Shown here: piece by piece, positions 36,815 to 49,400 of the stretch | How positions within the stretch are numbered: position 1 is the first letter of the stretch | Layout of the letters: every line of letters begins with the position of its first letter | DNA from: Nemertoderma westbladi | Taxonomy: Eukaryota > Animalia > Xenacoelomorpha | DNA length: 64,000 nucleotides | Direction of reading: 5' to 3' | NCBI GenBank assembly: GCA_032718475.1 | Contig: JAUCBJ010008813.1 | Coordinates: 1 to 64,000 of the forward strand | Position numbers and translations under genes: made by a program | The notes under the pieces: generated by a model | The model's input: only the letters and a program-made list of their open reading frames with translations | Told to the model about the DNA's origin: nothing | Database searches by the model: none

Positions 36815-37190
36815 TATACTACTACTACTACTACTAGGTCGAGCGAACTCGGACAGTGGAAATGAGATCCTTCCAGGCTTCCCGATTCTCCAACTACTAC
36901 TAGGTCGAGCGAACTCGGACAGTGGAAATGAGATCCTTCCAGGCTTCCCGATTCTCCATAGTTGTCGCAATTTCGTTTCTCCCAAGTTCAGTATCCCTTT
37001 CAAGATGATCTATATATGTTATGGCAGGTCGTCCACGACTACGCTTTCCATAAGTTGGTTGCCAGAAAAGTAGATCTGGTATGACCTCTTCTTTACTTCG
37101 CCAGCAGTGCCCACTGAATCTTAATCTGCGTTCACGGAGGGTGGTTGATACAGGTGGTATTGTACCATAAAGCTCGGCATTAAACTCTTC
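36815..37190 (-). mobile_element. RTE-clade LINE 3' end with (TAG)n tail and a 66-bp tandemly duplicated terminus
   Basis: ELYG..PPVSTTLRERRLRFSGHCWR...RSRGRP..TYID.L.RDT...MENREAW; terminal segment present twice, each copy followed by TAG repeats. Confidence 0.85.
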
Positions 37191-38019
37191 TATAACTATA
37201 CTAAACGGAAGGGGTGGAAGTGTAGTAAGGGAATTTGAGGGTCGGTCGTTTGGGGGGGGGAGGGGGGAGAACTGGATCCAATTCATTGACTTATCCACGA
37301 GGTATTTACTAGTTGGTTACTACTATATGGGACCAACTAGTAAACTTGTTAAAATAAATAAAACAATATATATACAGTAGGCAGTTCTGTTTATTCGCGA
37401 GACACGGCATACGTGTATAGTTGAAATTACAATTATTGCACTACTGATATTTAAATTACATGATATTAAATGCAACAAGGTTATTCTTATAATTATAATT
37501 AGTTTTATTATTTTTATACTCTTACCCAGTGCCATAGGGAAAAAAGGGAGGAAAGATAAATAATTACATGGGCAATATTACAATTTGATATACAGTACAG
37601 TAGTACATAAACTACATTCGCAGTGCCATAGCTCTAAATAAATACTGCAAGTTTTCTATCTTTTTTGGAGGTCACTCCCTAAATTTTTCCACTGCTTGGT
37701 TTGATAATAAGACGAAGGAATAAAGTCAACCCTGAAGGAGAGGAGTTTCGGACATTTTAAAAGTAAATGGAATTCATCTGTCCCATTGAAATTACATAAT
37801 TCATTGAATTCGTTAATTATTATTCTGATATTTAAGTCGATTTTCCCCTGGAGAGGGATGAGCGTCGAAATTAACCCCCATATCTGGCAGCCAAGACTAA
37901 AAAGGACTGATGGAAGAAATGGCGATCCTCTTGCATTATGAGTGCCATTGGTATCCCCACTTTAGAGCTACAAACTACAACTAGTTATTGAACTACAGTA
38001 CAATCTTTAGATTATATTA

Positions 38020-38510
38020 CTCAACACGATTTGAAGCAGCTTCTCACATTGCTTAGATCTTCCATGATCGGTAAGGACCTAAGCAATGTGTTCTTCAGCG
38101 ACGAGGCAACTTTCCATATCAATCAAACCAAGTGAACCAAGTCAACAAGTGGAAATGTAGGATTTGTTGAAAGGAAAATCCTCACAAAATTTTAGAAAAG
38201 TTTAGGGAAAAAAAGCTCAAAGGTTATAGTGTGATCTGCGAAAAGGTCTCAAAAGGGTAATGGATGGGGCGATATGGTCCTGTAATGAGGACACCACGTA
38301 CCACGATCACCGTACCGGGGAATGACCCCTTTGGATTTTAGTCTTTGTGGGCTTGTGAAGAATCTAATATGCGCTCAGAATCTTCAAAATAGTAACTGAA
38401 GACGGAAATTTGAGATCCTTTAGTTCGTTGCCCCTAGATTACTTCACTAATTGCTTCAAGGAGATGCCCAGAAGACTGGATCACGTCCAGAATATTCGAG
38501 GTGTCACACT
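38020..38510 (+). mobile_element. Highly degenerate Tc1/mariner-like transposase remnant
   Basis: VFFSDEATFHIN, VNKWKCRI..ENPH, and PRSP..MTPLDF.LCG-like motifs across frameshifts. Confidence 0.55.
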
Positions 38511-39568
38511 AAACTCTTTTTTTCTACTTATATATATAAAACTCTATACTGTATTAATAAGGTAAACTGATGCAAAAAACATATTAGCAAATAAATTTTA
38601 TAATTTCCACTAATCTTAGCGGAGTTTTTTCTCATAATAATATTGAGATAGTTGTATTGAATTTAGGTGTGATTTATTTATATTTGTTAGTTTAAAAAGT
38701 TTATTTAATACTATTTAATATTACTATTAATATATTTTTTTATATTTGTTAGTTTGTTAGCTTGCTGTATTGTTTGCTCACCTGGAAACAAAATTTGTAA
38801 CTAAGTAAAAGTGCAAAGTTAAGTCAATCGATAGTCAGTGAACTTAAAGGTTTGTGAACTAAAGGCGCAATGGAAAGCTAACTGTGTAAGGATTCCTAAT
38901 TAAAGGTCGTAGGATTCCTTATAAGTAAAAATGTTTGTGTTTGAATTTGGTTGGAAAACACCTGAGATATGGAAATTCGCATAAAATTTGTTTTTCAATA
39001 AGTTAAGGGGGGGGGGGGGCTAATTGGCTAATTAGAAAAAATGGTAATATTTATCAAAATTCCATAAGATAACTTTTAAAGAGCTTCCAAAGTTCGTTCG
39101 GATGAGCCAAAAATGAAGAAATTTGGTTGAAAAATGACGGAGGAGTAGTAATTTGAAAATTAAAATTGTCATTCCGAGAAAATGCCCTTCAAAGTTTAAA
39201 CCGTCCCGCCAAAATTGGCTGTCTGTGTTCTGGTTGGTTAATTATTTCTGGCACGAAGGATGCACACCAACGAGCTAAAATGTTTATTACGGGGGTTGGT
39301 GGAATCTAGTCTATCTGTCTGTCTGTCGGTCTTCTGTCTTTCTTACAATTTGACGGACAGACCGTCATACGGAAAAACAGTGATAACTCGAGAACTGAAA
39401 TAGGTCTCACTAAGCGGTTTTCAAATTTGTAATCCTCATTAAATTCGGCTCTAGGTGAAATAAAGAAACAACCCCCCCCCCCCCCCCCCCCACTTAATAC
39501 GTGTTATACAGTATTGAGTTGGCCTAGAAAACATTCACTATTCACTTAACGACGTTGCAGCTACACAA

Positions 39569-39845
39569 TTATATACAATGAAGTGCAAGGGAGCTTCTGC
39601 AACGAGTAGAACCTCTAGCTGTCTTGCAGCCACATTTAATTAATTCTTTGCACACTGATGCTGCTACATCCTCCGTTATCCACACAGGGCACCACCGTTC
39701 ATTGCACAATTCCCACCCCCATTGCTCAAGGATTGTCTGAATTATTTGTGGGAGCATTGGCCCCAATGCTTGCTTGGTAAATAGCTCGCTTGGTATGTTC
39801 AATGAAAGCATTCTTTGTGAGTGTGGAACTTTGTGGCATACTTTC
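39569..39845 (-). mobile_element. DNA-transposon C-terminal fragment with Cys-rich tail (Academ-like)
   Basis: TKNAFIEHTKRAIYQA, then GWELCNERWCPVW....A.SVCKELIKCGCK....RC. Confidence 0.5.
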
Positions 39846-39854
39846 ATTATATAT

Positions 39855-40445
39855 CGGATTCCTGATGAAATTATTGCAGCAATCAGATCAGTATACGATG
39901 GTTCGACGACAATTGTGTCTACTGTTGACGGTGACACAGAACCATTGAAATTGTTATGGGGAGTCCTTCAGGGAGACACACTTGCGCCATTATTGCTCAT
40001 AATTGTGGTTGACTATGTTCTACGCATGTCCTTAGATCATCATAATGATGATGGGGTGATGGTAGCTCCACCTAGTGCCTTCCCAACACTTCAAATGATT
40101 CAGTGTCACCATGAATAGTGGACACAAATGTTGTCGAACCATCGTATACAGATCTGATTGCTGCAATAATTTCATCAGGAATCCCATATGATGAAAGTAT
40201 GCTGAACATACGTGAGCGAGAGACTGAATCAAAGGCCTTGAAGAAGTCAACAAAGATAACAGCCAGATGCCTGTCTTTCTTTTTTGATAACTCTTCAATT
40301 ATCCTTCTAAGTGCCAAAATGGGCTCCATGGTCTCACGACCTTTACGGAACCCATTCTGATTTCCACGGAGCAGTCTCTCAATGGGATCTCTGATGCGAT
40401 TTAATAGAATTCTATTGTACAGCTTTGCAGCAATCGAGATCAATG
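39855..40445. mobile_element. Two RTE-like reverse-transcriptase fragments in opposite orientation (+ 39855-40075; - 40076-40445)
   Basis: Plus: IPDEIIAAIRSVY...GVLQGDTLAPLL; minus: AKLYNRILLNRI...QNGFRKGR...FVDFFKAFDSV...IPDEIIAAIRSVY. Confidence 0.85.
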
Positions 40446-40738
40446 AGATTCACCGAAAAGAACCATAGAGTGTTAGCAGAGTGTTTGGAACTGGCACCAA
40501 CTGATTTGTTTTCATTTATTGTGGGACTCTTGTTGTTTACAGAACGTCGACAAGTTAACAATGTAACAAGATTACATTTAATAATTGGACAATGGCACCT
40601 TACATATTTTAAGACCCCATATATTTCTGTAAACCTCGCTTCTGCGCTCGCTCGTACAGCACTGTACAATAACAGCTCGCATTAAATCTATTTCTTGGAT
40701 ATTATCTATACCTTGGTTTTCTTTTAAATTCTTCCCGG

Positions 40739-41450
40739 ATGTCTGCTGTCGGTTATCTGCTGTCGGTTGTCTGCTGTCGATTGTCTGCTGTCGGTTGTCT
40801 GCTGTCGGTTATCTGCTGTCGGTTATCTGCTGTCGGTTGTATGCTATCGATTGTCTGCTGTCTGCTGTCGGTTGTCTGCTGTCGATTGTCTGCAGTTGGT
40901 TGTCTGATGTCGGTTGTCTGCTGTCGGTTGTCTGCTGTCGGCTGTCGATTGTCTGCTGTCGGTTGTCTGCTGTCGGCTGTCGATTGTCTGCTGTCGGTTG
41001 TCTGCTGTCGGCTGTCGATTGTCTGCCGTCGGTTGTCTGCTGTTGGTTGTCTGCTGTCGATTGTCTGCTGTCGGTTGTCTGCTGTCGGTTGCCAGCTATC
41101 GGTTGCCTGCTGTCGGTTGTCTGCGGACTGCTCTCGGTTGTCAGCTGTCGGTTGCGTGCTGTCGATTGTCTGCTGTCGATTGTCTGCTGTCGGTTGTCTA
41201 CTGTCGATTGTCGGTGTCAGCTGTTGGTTGCCTGCTGTCGGTTGTCTGCTGTATGCTCTCGTTTATCTGCTGTCGGTTGTCAGCAGTCTGCTGTCGTTTA
41301 TCTGCTGTCGGTTGTCCGCTGTCGGTTGTCTGCTGTCGGTTGTCTGCTGTCGATTGTCTGCAGTCGGTTGTCTGATGTTGGTTGTCTGCTGTCGGTTGTC
41401 TGCTGTCGATTGTCTGCTGTCAGTTGTGCTGTCGGTTGTCTGCTGTCGGC
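40739..41450. repeat. 14-bp minisatellite (TGTCTGCTGTCGGT)n, degenerate, ~50 copies
   Basis: Visible periodicity; explains the low-complexity LSAVGC/VVCCR ORFs. Confidence 0.95.
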
Positions 41451-42403
41451 GAAACGTTTACACCCCTTACACCCTAACACTATAAATGGCATAATCAATT
41501 AATGTATAGGCCTACATTATATGTAAAATCACAACTATTTATGTTATTAGACTACTAGTAACTTGGACTGGCATAATTGGGGTACCGGTACTCCGGAAAA
41601 GATAACCTCGCACGTAACAGAATGCAGGAATGACGACCCAAATCTTATTTCAAACTGTCTTGCTTAACGAATATAACTCCAATATAATAAATTATATTAA
41701 ATATATTAGAATATAACGCCACGACTGTCGCTTATTCATATAAAATGGGGTTACAATAAGCAGACACATTGAATTCGGGGTTGAACCACCACTCATAACC
41801 TGCCAGCCTGCGGGTTTAACTTTTCATGTATTATTACCGGAATTCGAATTGGGAGCGATAAAGATTTATTGCATGGAGGGTGTATTGTCCACAAAAGGAT
41901 ATAGGCTACCGCTACCGTACAGAGTGCAGTACTGCTACTAACAGGACTACATACGCATACTGGTCGGGTACAATACAGTCCTGCAGACAGCCAGCAGTCA
42001 GGCAGTAGCGTTTAGTCTTCTTTGACACAAAAAACTGTTTCATGAACATTTTGTATGATCCCGCCAGAAATTTCCCATTATTTGTAAAGTAAGCAACCAG
42101 AGCCCAGAGCAATTGTAGCTAAGGGATTGGTTGTTTCCATGGTTCCATTTATTACTTATGGACAGCCCTGTTGGCCATAGTGGCAGCCATATTCCACCCG
42201 TGTTTTCCGTGTAACATAGCAAATTTTGTACATGTTTAGCTGCTATTCATGCCCGAAAAGTAGGCTTTCTATATTTGGAAACGAAGCAAAAATACTTGGT
42301 TGCACCTATGACGTCGTTTCAGCTTCACTTATGGGCTGCTTTTCAATAGAAATGGACTGATATTTACGTTTTCATGTGTATGTGTTCAGCACACGGCAGC
42401 ACA

Positions 42404-42556
42404 ATGAGTAAACTGTCGTTTCGTGCAAAGGCCTTGGACGCCCACAAGCAGATGCTGGTTTATCACCAGGACGAGGTGCCAGACCTAGCAGACCATGCAT
42501 CCGGGGCGCGTGCAGTCGCGAAAATCCCTTCTGGAATGGAAAAGGAAGAGGAAAGT
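42404..42556 (+). CDS. EPC1: Enhancer of polycomb homolog, coding exon 1
   Basis: MSKLSFRAKALDAHKQMLVY...GMEKEEES matches the EPcA N-terminus (MSKLSFRARALD...GMEKEEES); GTAAGT donor, phase 0. Confidence 0.95.
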
Positions 42557-44624
42557 GTAAGTATCACAACAGTCTTCACCTATGGCGGCCATTTTGTTTC
42601 ACATTATTTTTTTGTTAATCATTTTTCCCTCCCTTTAAGCTATAGGTTTTAATTTAATTATTATACCACAAGATAGATTATGATATTATGTCACTTTTGA
42701 TCTTTGAGTTTTTTAAATTTAATGTTGATAAACATATTTTTTCCACAGAAATAAAAAAACCAATATAGGAGCTCATTACTTATGCAGGCTTATTACTGTA
42801 GTAACCAAGCCCATTTCCTCTGCTCTGTATACTGCATTGTGATTGGCTGATCCTTCCTTGGCGTGGCCTTGCTCTCTCTGAATCATGAGATTTTATTTTC
42901 GCGAGAGTGATTATTTCGCGCATAATGAGCTCTTAATGAATCAACGTCAGGCCTTTGAACCATTACAGCATTCATTATCCAATGCCCACAATTATTATCC
43001 TATGAAAGTTGTTCTTTATAACTAAGCTATGATTCGCCATGCCAGTCAGTGTTCAGTGATATAAACAGTTGGTGATTTCAGGTTGTAGCATACCACATGT
43101 ACCAAGGATGGTTTACTGGTTTATCCGTGTCAGCGTTTGTACCGGCAGACCGGAGACCGGTAAAGATTTTATCTGTGTCTTGTCTATGTCCTGATGTCTA
43201 AGTCATACAATACAACAATAGTTTTGCTGCTGCTTTGACATTCTGGTAATTTTCCAGGTACCCGTACCTAATAATTTAAACCAGCTTAAATGCCAAAATA
43301 CCTGATTCACGCACATACACACACATCCTGAGTGCGTTATGGAAACTCTACTATGAACAATATAATTAGCTAAAAGTTCCCTAAAGGCACTTTGGCATTT
43401 CTGCATCTAAAATCTGTTTAATTCAAATTCCTGATTATTCTGATATTATTTTCTAACCAAAACAATAAACGATCACTTTACCAATCACCCCTGCCAATTG
43501 AGGGAAATGGGCAGGTACGTTTTAACTACCAAAACGTACCCTTTGCCATGTAGTGGAAACGTTGGCCTCCAAACAGGATAATCTCCAATTATGTTTATTT
43601 CTTTAAACGCTTAGTAAACAAAATTGCACCACAACACCACGTATAAGGTGTAATTAAAATTAATTGTGATATGGATTGAGTGTCTGTGTCATTGTTAAGG
43701 GAAACGGAAAGTTAGGTTGCTAATTAGCAGAGCTGGTAGCCACAGTATAATGTAAGCAAACACAGACTCAGTCAATACTGCGATTGTATTCATTACTGGT
43801 ACATCATTTGTTACAACTGTGTAATTGGCGGTTTCGGTATTATAATCTTCAAAAACCTTTCAGTTTCACATTAACTTACAATTCTGCGCGGGGCACGGGG
43901 TAATTTAACAATTGTTCATATCAGCTATATAATAATACCTACTAACTCTAATATTTAATATGGTAAATGCCAATGTTCCTTTTGGGAACCATTAGTGAGA
44001 CTTAGCCACACGTAATATGTATGTTAATTGTCTTGAGTCCGAAATGTGACGCCACGAGTTGATACGTAGGTTTAACAGCATACGGTACCGCCATACCGGT
44101 AATCTACTTTTGATTAAGTAATAAATAATTTTTATACAAAATAATATGTTTTCTGTATGTTGTATTTTCTACCTTCTTCGTAAACATTATGGGAAACTTA
44201 ACATGGCAGCAGGGGGGTATTAATGTATTCAAGTGCTGCACGAAGTCTTTTATTTTTTGGTTGGGTTGGTTGGGCGGAGATTTGGAAGGGGGAGATGGAA
44301 TGTGAAAAACTTGGTTGGGTGTTTAAGAAGCTGGGATATTGCTGGACGGATAACTTTAAGAAAGCCCGCCTCGGTAACCAGCTCCTTTCCCTCAAATGTT
44401 AAGATCATCGAATATTGGTTTGGTTATAAAAACCCCCATCTACCCTGCTCTTTTCCTTCCTTCTTACATTGGTAGCGACATCGTTTGTTGTTTTGATTAG
44501 AAAAGCCCACCCCTGTAATCTGATCTTTTCTCTCAATTGATTCCATCCACCTGACAGCTGACACTAACATGTTCCTTTACTAACCTGAATTAAACAGTGC
44601 TAAACACGATGAACTGGATCTCTG

Positions 44625-45110
44625 ACAATTCGCCCCCTAGCGGCAGACAGAGGAACTGTAAAAGTCAGTCTGTGTGTAGAATTTCGAATTAAACAATGCT
44701 CGTAGGTTACTACTACCAAATTTCAGATGAATCTGATGGTTGGTTCTATAAATATAATTACTGCTACTTTTACGTTTATGTCATTTCGCCCCCCAACGAC
44801 AGACAGATAAACTATATAAGTCTGTCTGGGTGTACAATTTCGAATTAAACAATGCTCGTAGGTTAATACTACCAAATTTCAGATGAATCTGATGGTTGGA
44901 TCTATAATTACAGCTACTTTTACGTTTCTGTGAATTCGCCCCTAGCCGCAGAAAGAGGAACTATAGAGGTCTGTGTGTGTAGTTTCTAAACTTTTGATAG
45001 TCTAAATGTGTACCAAGTTTGGTTACATTTCATCCATTGTTGACCGACTTATTTAGCGTTCAATTATTCAAACATAGCCAGCCAGCCAGCCACAAACAAA
45101 CAATCTAATA
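44625..45110. repeat. ~155-bp degenerate tandem repeat (2-3 copies) with microsatellite tail; possible Helitron/Helentron-type non-autonomous element
   Basis: TTCGCCCCCTAGCGGCAGA...TACCAAATTTCAGATGAATCTGATGG repeated, ending in (AGCC)n(AAAC)n. Confidence 0.55.
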
Positions 45111-45643
45111 ATAGATGCAGGAACTCGAGATGAGCTCCACCGATAATCTTATATATCACGTGTTAACTTTTCCTCACATGCCCATCCATCTTCCCACTTT
45201 CCCATCTAAACCTCTTCCCAGAATAAAACAAACGAGGCTACTCGTTTTCGATTAGGCCTTCCTGGGCTCTGTGTATTATTCACAACGTCATACATGGGCC
45301 CACAGTGCCACTGATGGACAATAATTACCAATTGGTGGAACATTATTACCACCCGATCGAAAATTATTACCTAGCAGTCGTGGAAAACAATTAAAAACTG
45401 GTGTAAAATATTTAGCAGTCGTTATTTGCGTTATTTACCATGATTTCTTAAAATAACTTAAATCCGTAATTAGAAGAGTCAGTTTTAGTTAGGGTTGAGG
45501 TCAGACAATCTAGCACTAACAAAAATAATAAACCAATATAAATAATTATAATAAACCATTGGTGCCAGAGGCCTTTGATTGTGGGACCTAATGACTGCTC
45601 CCATACGTGGCGACCCAATAACTTTCAGTTTCCTTTCCTCTAG

Positions 45644-45806
45644 GAGCGGCATCTGCAGGAAGCGATCTCGGCCCAGCAATGTCACGGCTCCACCGGGTTC
45701 AAGGTCTCTATTCCGATACCGGAGACCCGTAGATCAGTCACTTACTACGACGATGTCTACCACAGCAGACCCATTAAACTTCCCCGGAGTTACATTAGAG
45801 TGCAAC
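45644..45806 (+). CDS. EPC1: Enhancer of polycomb homolog, coding exon 2
   Basis: TTTCCTTTCCTCTAG acceptor; ERHLQEAISAQQ...IPIPE...YYDDVY...KLPRSYIRVQ (cf. EHHLQRAISAQQ); GTTAGT donor, phase 1; not in the ORF track in this frame. Confidence 0.93.
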
Positions 45807-46267
45807 GTTAGTAACTGAACCTAGACGGGGCGGGGCTAGCCATATAGTAGGGCGAAGCGTTTCTTACCTTACGATGGGTTGTGAGTGTCAATAATTGACG
45901 GTAGATTTTAGATCCTGCAATTAGACAGGAGGGGGGTGGGTGGTTTATTGAGGCAAATGGGCAAACCAACTACGTAATTTATCAAATAAAAGAACAGGTT
46001 ACAGTCTCTGGCAGTTCTAATCAAAACAATAAACCAAGGCCAAAAGCGCAGTGTTCATGTTGAGCAGTTATTTGTATAAGACTTATTGTTTAGTCTGAAC
46101 TCTAAACATTAAAAAAATAAATACTAAAAGTTAACAGCCATTTTTTCATCCCATCCATACAAGAAGATACGTGAAATATATCTACCCACGATCACGTGCT
46201 GCGCGAATACACCACGGGGGATTATCTAGACCAAGCAGCAGCTTGGCTAAATTTTTTTTATTACCAA

Positions 46268-46440
46268 GCAGCAACTTGGTCTAGTGGTGAAATTCCTGGG
46301 CTTCCAATCTGGAAGCCCTGGTTCGATTCCTATAGATTGTGACAACACTTTTTGGGCACAGCGCTTTATATGCTGCCGCCTAGCCAAACCCTGGCTTTTA
46401 TCCTTGGATGGTCGGTAAATGGGAACCAAGGCAACTTGTG
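46268..46440 (+). mobile_element. tRNA-derived SINE head (Pol III A and B boxes)
   Basis: A box TGGTCTAGTGG (46277-46287), B box GGTTCGATTCC (46320-46330), Gly(TCC)-like CTTCCAA between them; runs directly into the satellite. Confidence 0.7.
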
Positions 46441-49400
46441 AAACAGAGTGGAAGGGTTTACTGTGGAAGATCACCCATGGTGGTGAACAGGCATTCCTTT
46501 AGGAAACAGAGTGGAAGGGTTTACTGTGGAAGATCACCCATGGTGGTGAACAGGAATTCCTTTAGGAAACAGAGTGGAAGGGTTTACTGTGGAAGATCAC
46601 CCATGGTGGTGAACAGGCATTCCTTTAGGAAACAGAGTGGAAGGGTTTACTGTGGAAGATCACCCATGGTGGTGAACAGGCATTCCTTTAGGAAACAGAG
46701 TGGAAGGGTTTACTGTGGAAGATCACCAATGGTGGTGAACAGACATTCCTTTAGGAAACAGAGTGGAAGGGTTTACTGTGGAAGATCAGCCATGGTGGTG
46801 AACAGGAATTCCTTTAGGAAACAGAGTGGAAGGGTTTACTGTGGAAGATCACCCATGGTGGTGAACAGGAATTCCTTTAGGAAACAGAGTGGAAGGGTTT
46901 ACTGTGGAAGATCGCCAATGGTGGTGAACAGACATTCCTTTAGGAAACAGAGTGGAAGGGTTTACTGTGGAAGATCACCCATGGTGGTGAACAGACATTC
47001 CTTTAGGAAACAGAGTGGAAGGGTTTACTGTGGAAGATCACCCATGGTGGTGAACAGGAATTCCTTTAGGAAACAGAGTGGAAGGGTTTACTGTGGAAGA
47101 TCGCCAATGGTGGTGAACAGACATTCCTTTAGGAAACAGAGTGGAAGGGTTTACTGTGGAAGATCAGCCATGGTGGTGAACAGGAATTCCTTTAGGAAAC
47201 AGAGTGGAAGGGTTTACTGTGGAAGATCACCCATGGTGGTGAACAGGAATTCCTTTAGAAAACAGAGTGGAAGGGTTTACTGTGGAAGATCACCCATGGT
47301 GGTGAACAGGCATTCCTTTAGGAAACAGAGTGGAAGGGTTTATTGTGGAAGATCACCCATGGTGGTGAACAGGCATTCCTTTAGGAACCAGAGTGGAAGG
47401 GTTTACTGTGGAAGATCACCCATGGTGGTGAACAGGAATTCCTTTAGGAAACAGAGTGGAAGGGTTTACTGTGGAAGAACACCCATGGTATTGAACAGGC
47501 ATTCCTTTAGGAAACAGAGTGGAAGGGTTTACTGTGGAAGATCACCCATGGTGGTGAACAGGCATTCCTTTAGGAAACAGAGTGGAAGGGTTTACTGTGG
47601 AAGATCACCCATGGTATTGAACAGGCATTCCTTTAGGAAACAGAGTGTAAGGGTTTACTGTGGAATATCACCCATGGTAGTGAACAGGCATTCCTTTAGG
47701 AAACAGAGTGGAAGGGTTTACTGTGGAAGATCGCCCATCATGGAGGTGAACAGGCATTCCTTTAGGAACCAGAGTGGACGGGTTTACTGTGGAAGATACC
47801 CCATGGTGGCGAACAGGCATTCCTTTAGGAAACAGAGTGGAAGGGTTTACTGTGGAAGATCAACCATGGTGGTGAACAGGGATTCCTTTAGGAAACAGAG
47901 TGGAATGGTTTACTGTGGAAGATCACCCATGGTGGTGAACAGGTATTCCTTTAGGAAACAGAGTGGAAGGGTTTACTGTGGAAGATCACTCATGGTGGTG
48001 AACAGGCATTCCTTTAGGAAACAGAGTGGAAGGGTTTACTGTGGAAGATCGCCCATCATGGAGGTGAACAGGCATTCCTTTAGGAAACAGAGTGGAAGGG
48101 TTTACTGTGGAAGATCGCCCATCATGGAGGTGAACAGGCATTCCTTTAGGAAACAGAGTGGAAGGGTTTACTGTGGAAGATCAACCATGGTGGTGAACAG
48201 GCATTCCTTTAGGAAACAGAGTGGAAGGGTTTACTGTGGAAGATCGCCCATCATGGAGGTGAACAGGCATTCCTTTAGGAAACAGAGTGGAAGGGTTTAC
48301 TGTGGAACATCACCCATGGCGGTGAACAGGCATTCCTTTAGGAAACAGAGTGGAAGGGTTTACTGTGGAAGATCGCCCATCATGGAGGTGAACAGGCATT
48401 CCTTTAGGAACCAGAGTGGACGGGTTTACTGTGGAAGATACCCCATGGTGGCGAACAGGCATTCCTTTAGGAAACAGAGTGGAAGGGTTTACTGTGGAAG
48501 ATCAACCATGGTGGTGAACAGGCATTCCTTTAGGAAACAGAGTGGAAGGGTTTACTGTGGAAGATCGCCCATCATGGAGGTGAACAGGCATTCCTTTAGG
48601 AAACAGAGTGGAAGGGTTTACTGTGGAAGATCAACCATGGTGGTGAACAGGCATTCCTTTAGGAAACAGAGTGGAAGGGTTTACTGTGGAAGATCGCCCA
48701 TCATGGAGGTGAACAGGCATTCCTTTAGGAAACAGAGTGGAAGGGTTTACTGTGGAAGATCACCCATGGCGGTGAACAGGCATTCCTTTAAGAAACAGAG
48801 TGGAAGGGTTTACTGTGGAAGATCAACCATGGTGGTGAACAAGCATTCCTTTAGGAAACAGAGTGGAAGGGTTTACTGTGGAAGATCGCCCATCATGGAG
48901 GTGAACAGGCATTCCTTTAGGAAACAGAGTGGAAGGGTTTACTGTGGAAGATCACCCATGGCGGTGAACAGGCATTCCTTTAGGAAACAGAGTGGAAGGG
49001 TTTACTGTGGAAGATCACCCATGGTGGTAAACAGGCATTCCTTTAGGAAACATAGTGGAAGGGTTTACTGTGGAAGATCACCCATGGTGGTGAACAGGCA
49101 TTCCTTTAGAAAAAGAGTGGGAGGGTTTACTGTGGAAGATCACCCATGGCGATGAACAGGCATTCTTAGGAAACAGAGTGGTAGGGTTTACTGTGGAAGA
49201 TCACCCATGGCGGTTAACAGGCATTCCTTTAGGAAACAGAGTGGAAGGGTTTACTGTGGAAGATCACCCATGGTGGTGAACAGGCATTCCTTTAGGAAAA
49301 AGAGTGGGAGGGTTTACTGTGGAAGATCACCCATGGCGGTGAACAGGCATTCTTAGGAAACAGAGTGGTAGGGTTTACTGTGGAAGATCACCCATGGCGG

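Noticed and set aside
40739-41502. Cys-rich ORFs of 150-250 aa
   Set aside because: Translations of a 14-bp simple repeat, open in all three frames
41912-42222. Divergent gene sharing the EPC promoter
   Set aside because: Short non-ATG ORFs with no recognisable homology or clear splice structure
46268-46335. Functional tRNA-Gly gene
   Set aside because: A/B boxes are present but there is no convincing acceptor stem or cloverleaf, and it continues into a SINE-like body
46408-49155. 915-aa repetitive ORF and the many similar ORFs to 62411
   Set aside because: Artefact of a 63-bp (multiple of 3) unit lacking stops in one frame; lies in EPC intron 2, and later units carry frameshifts and stops
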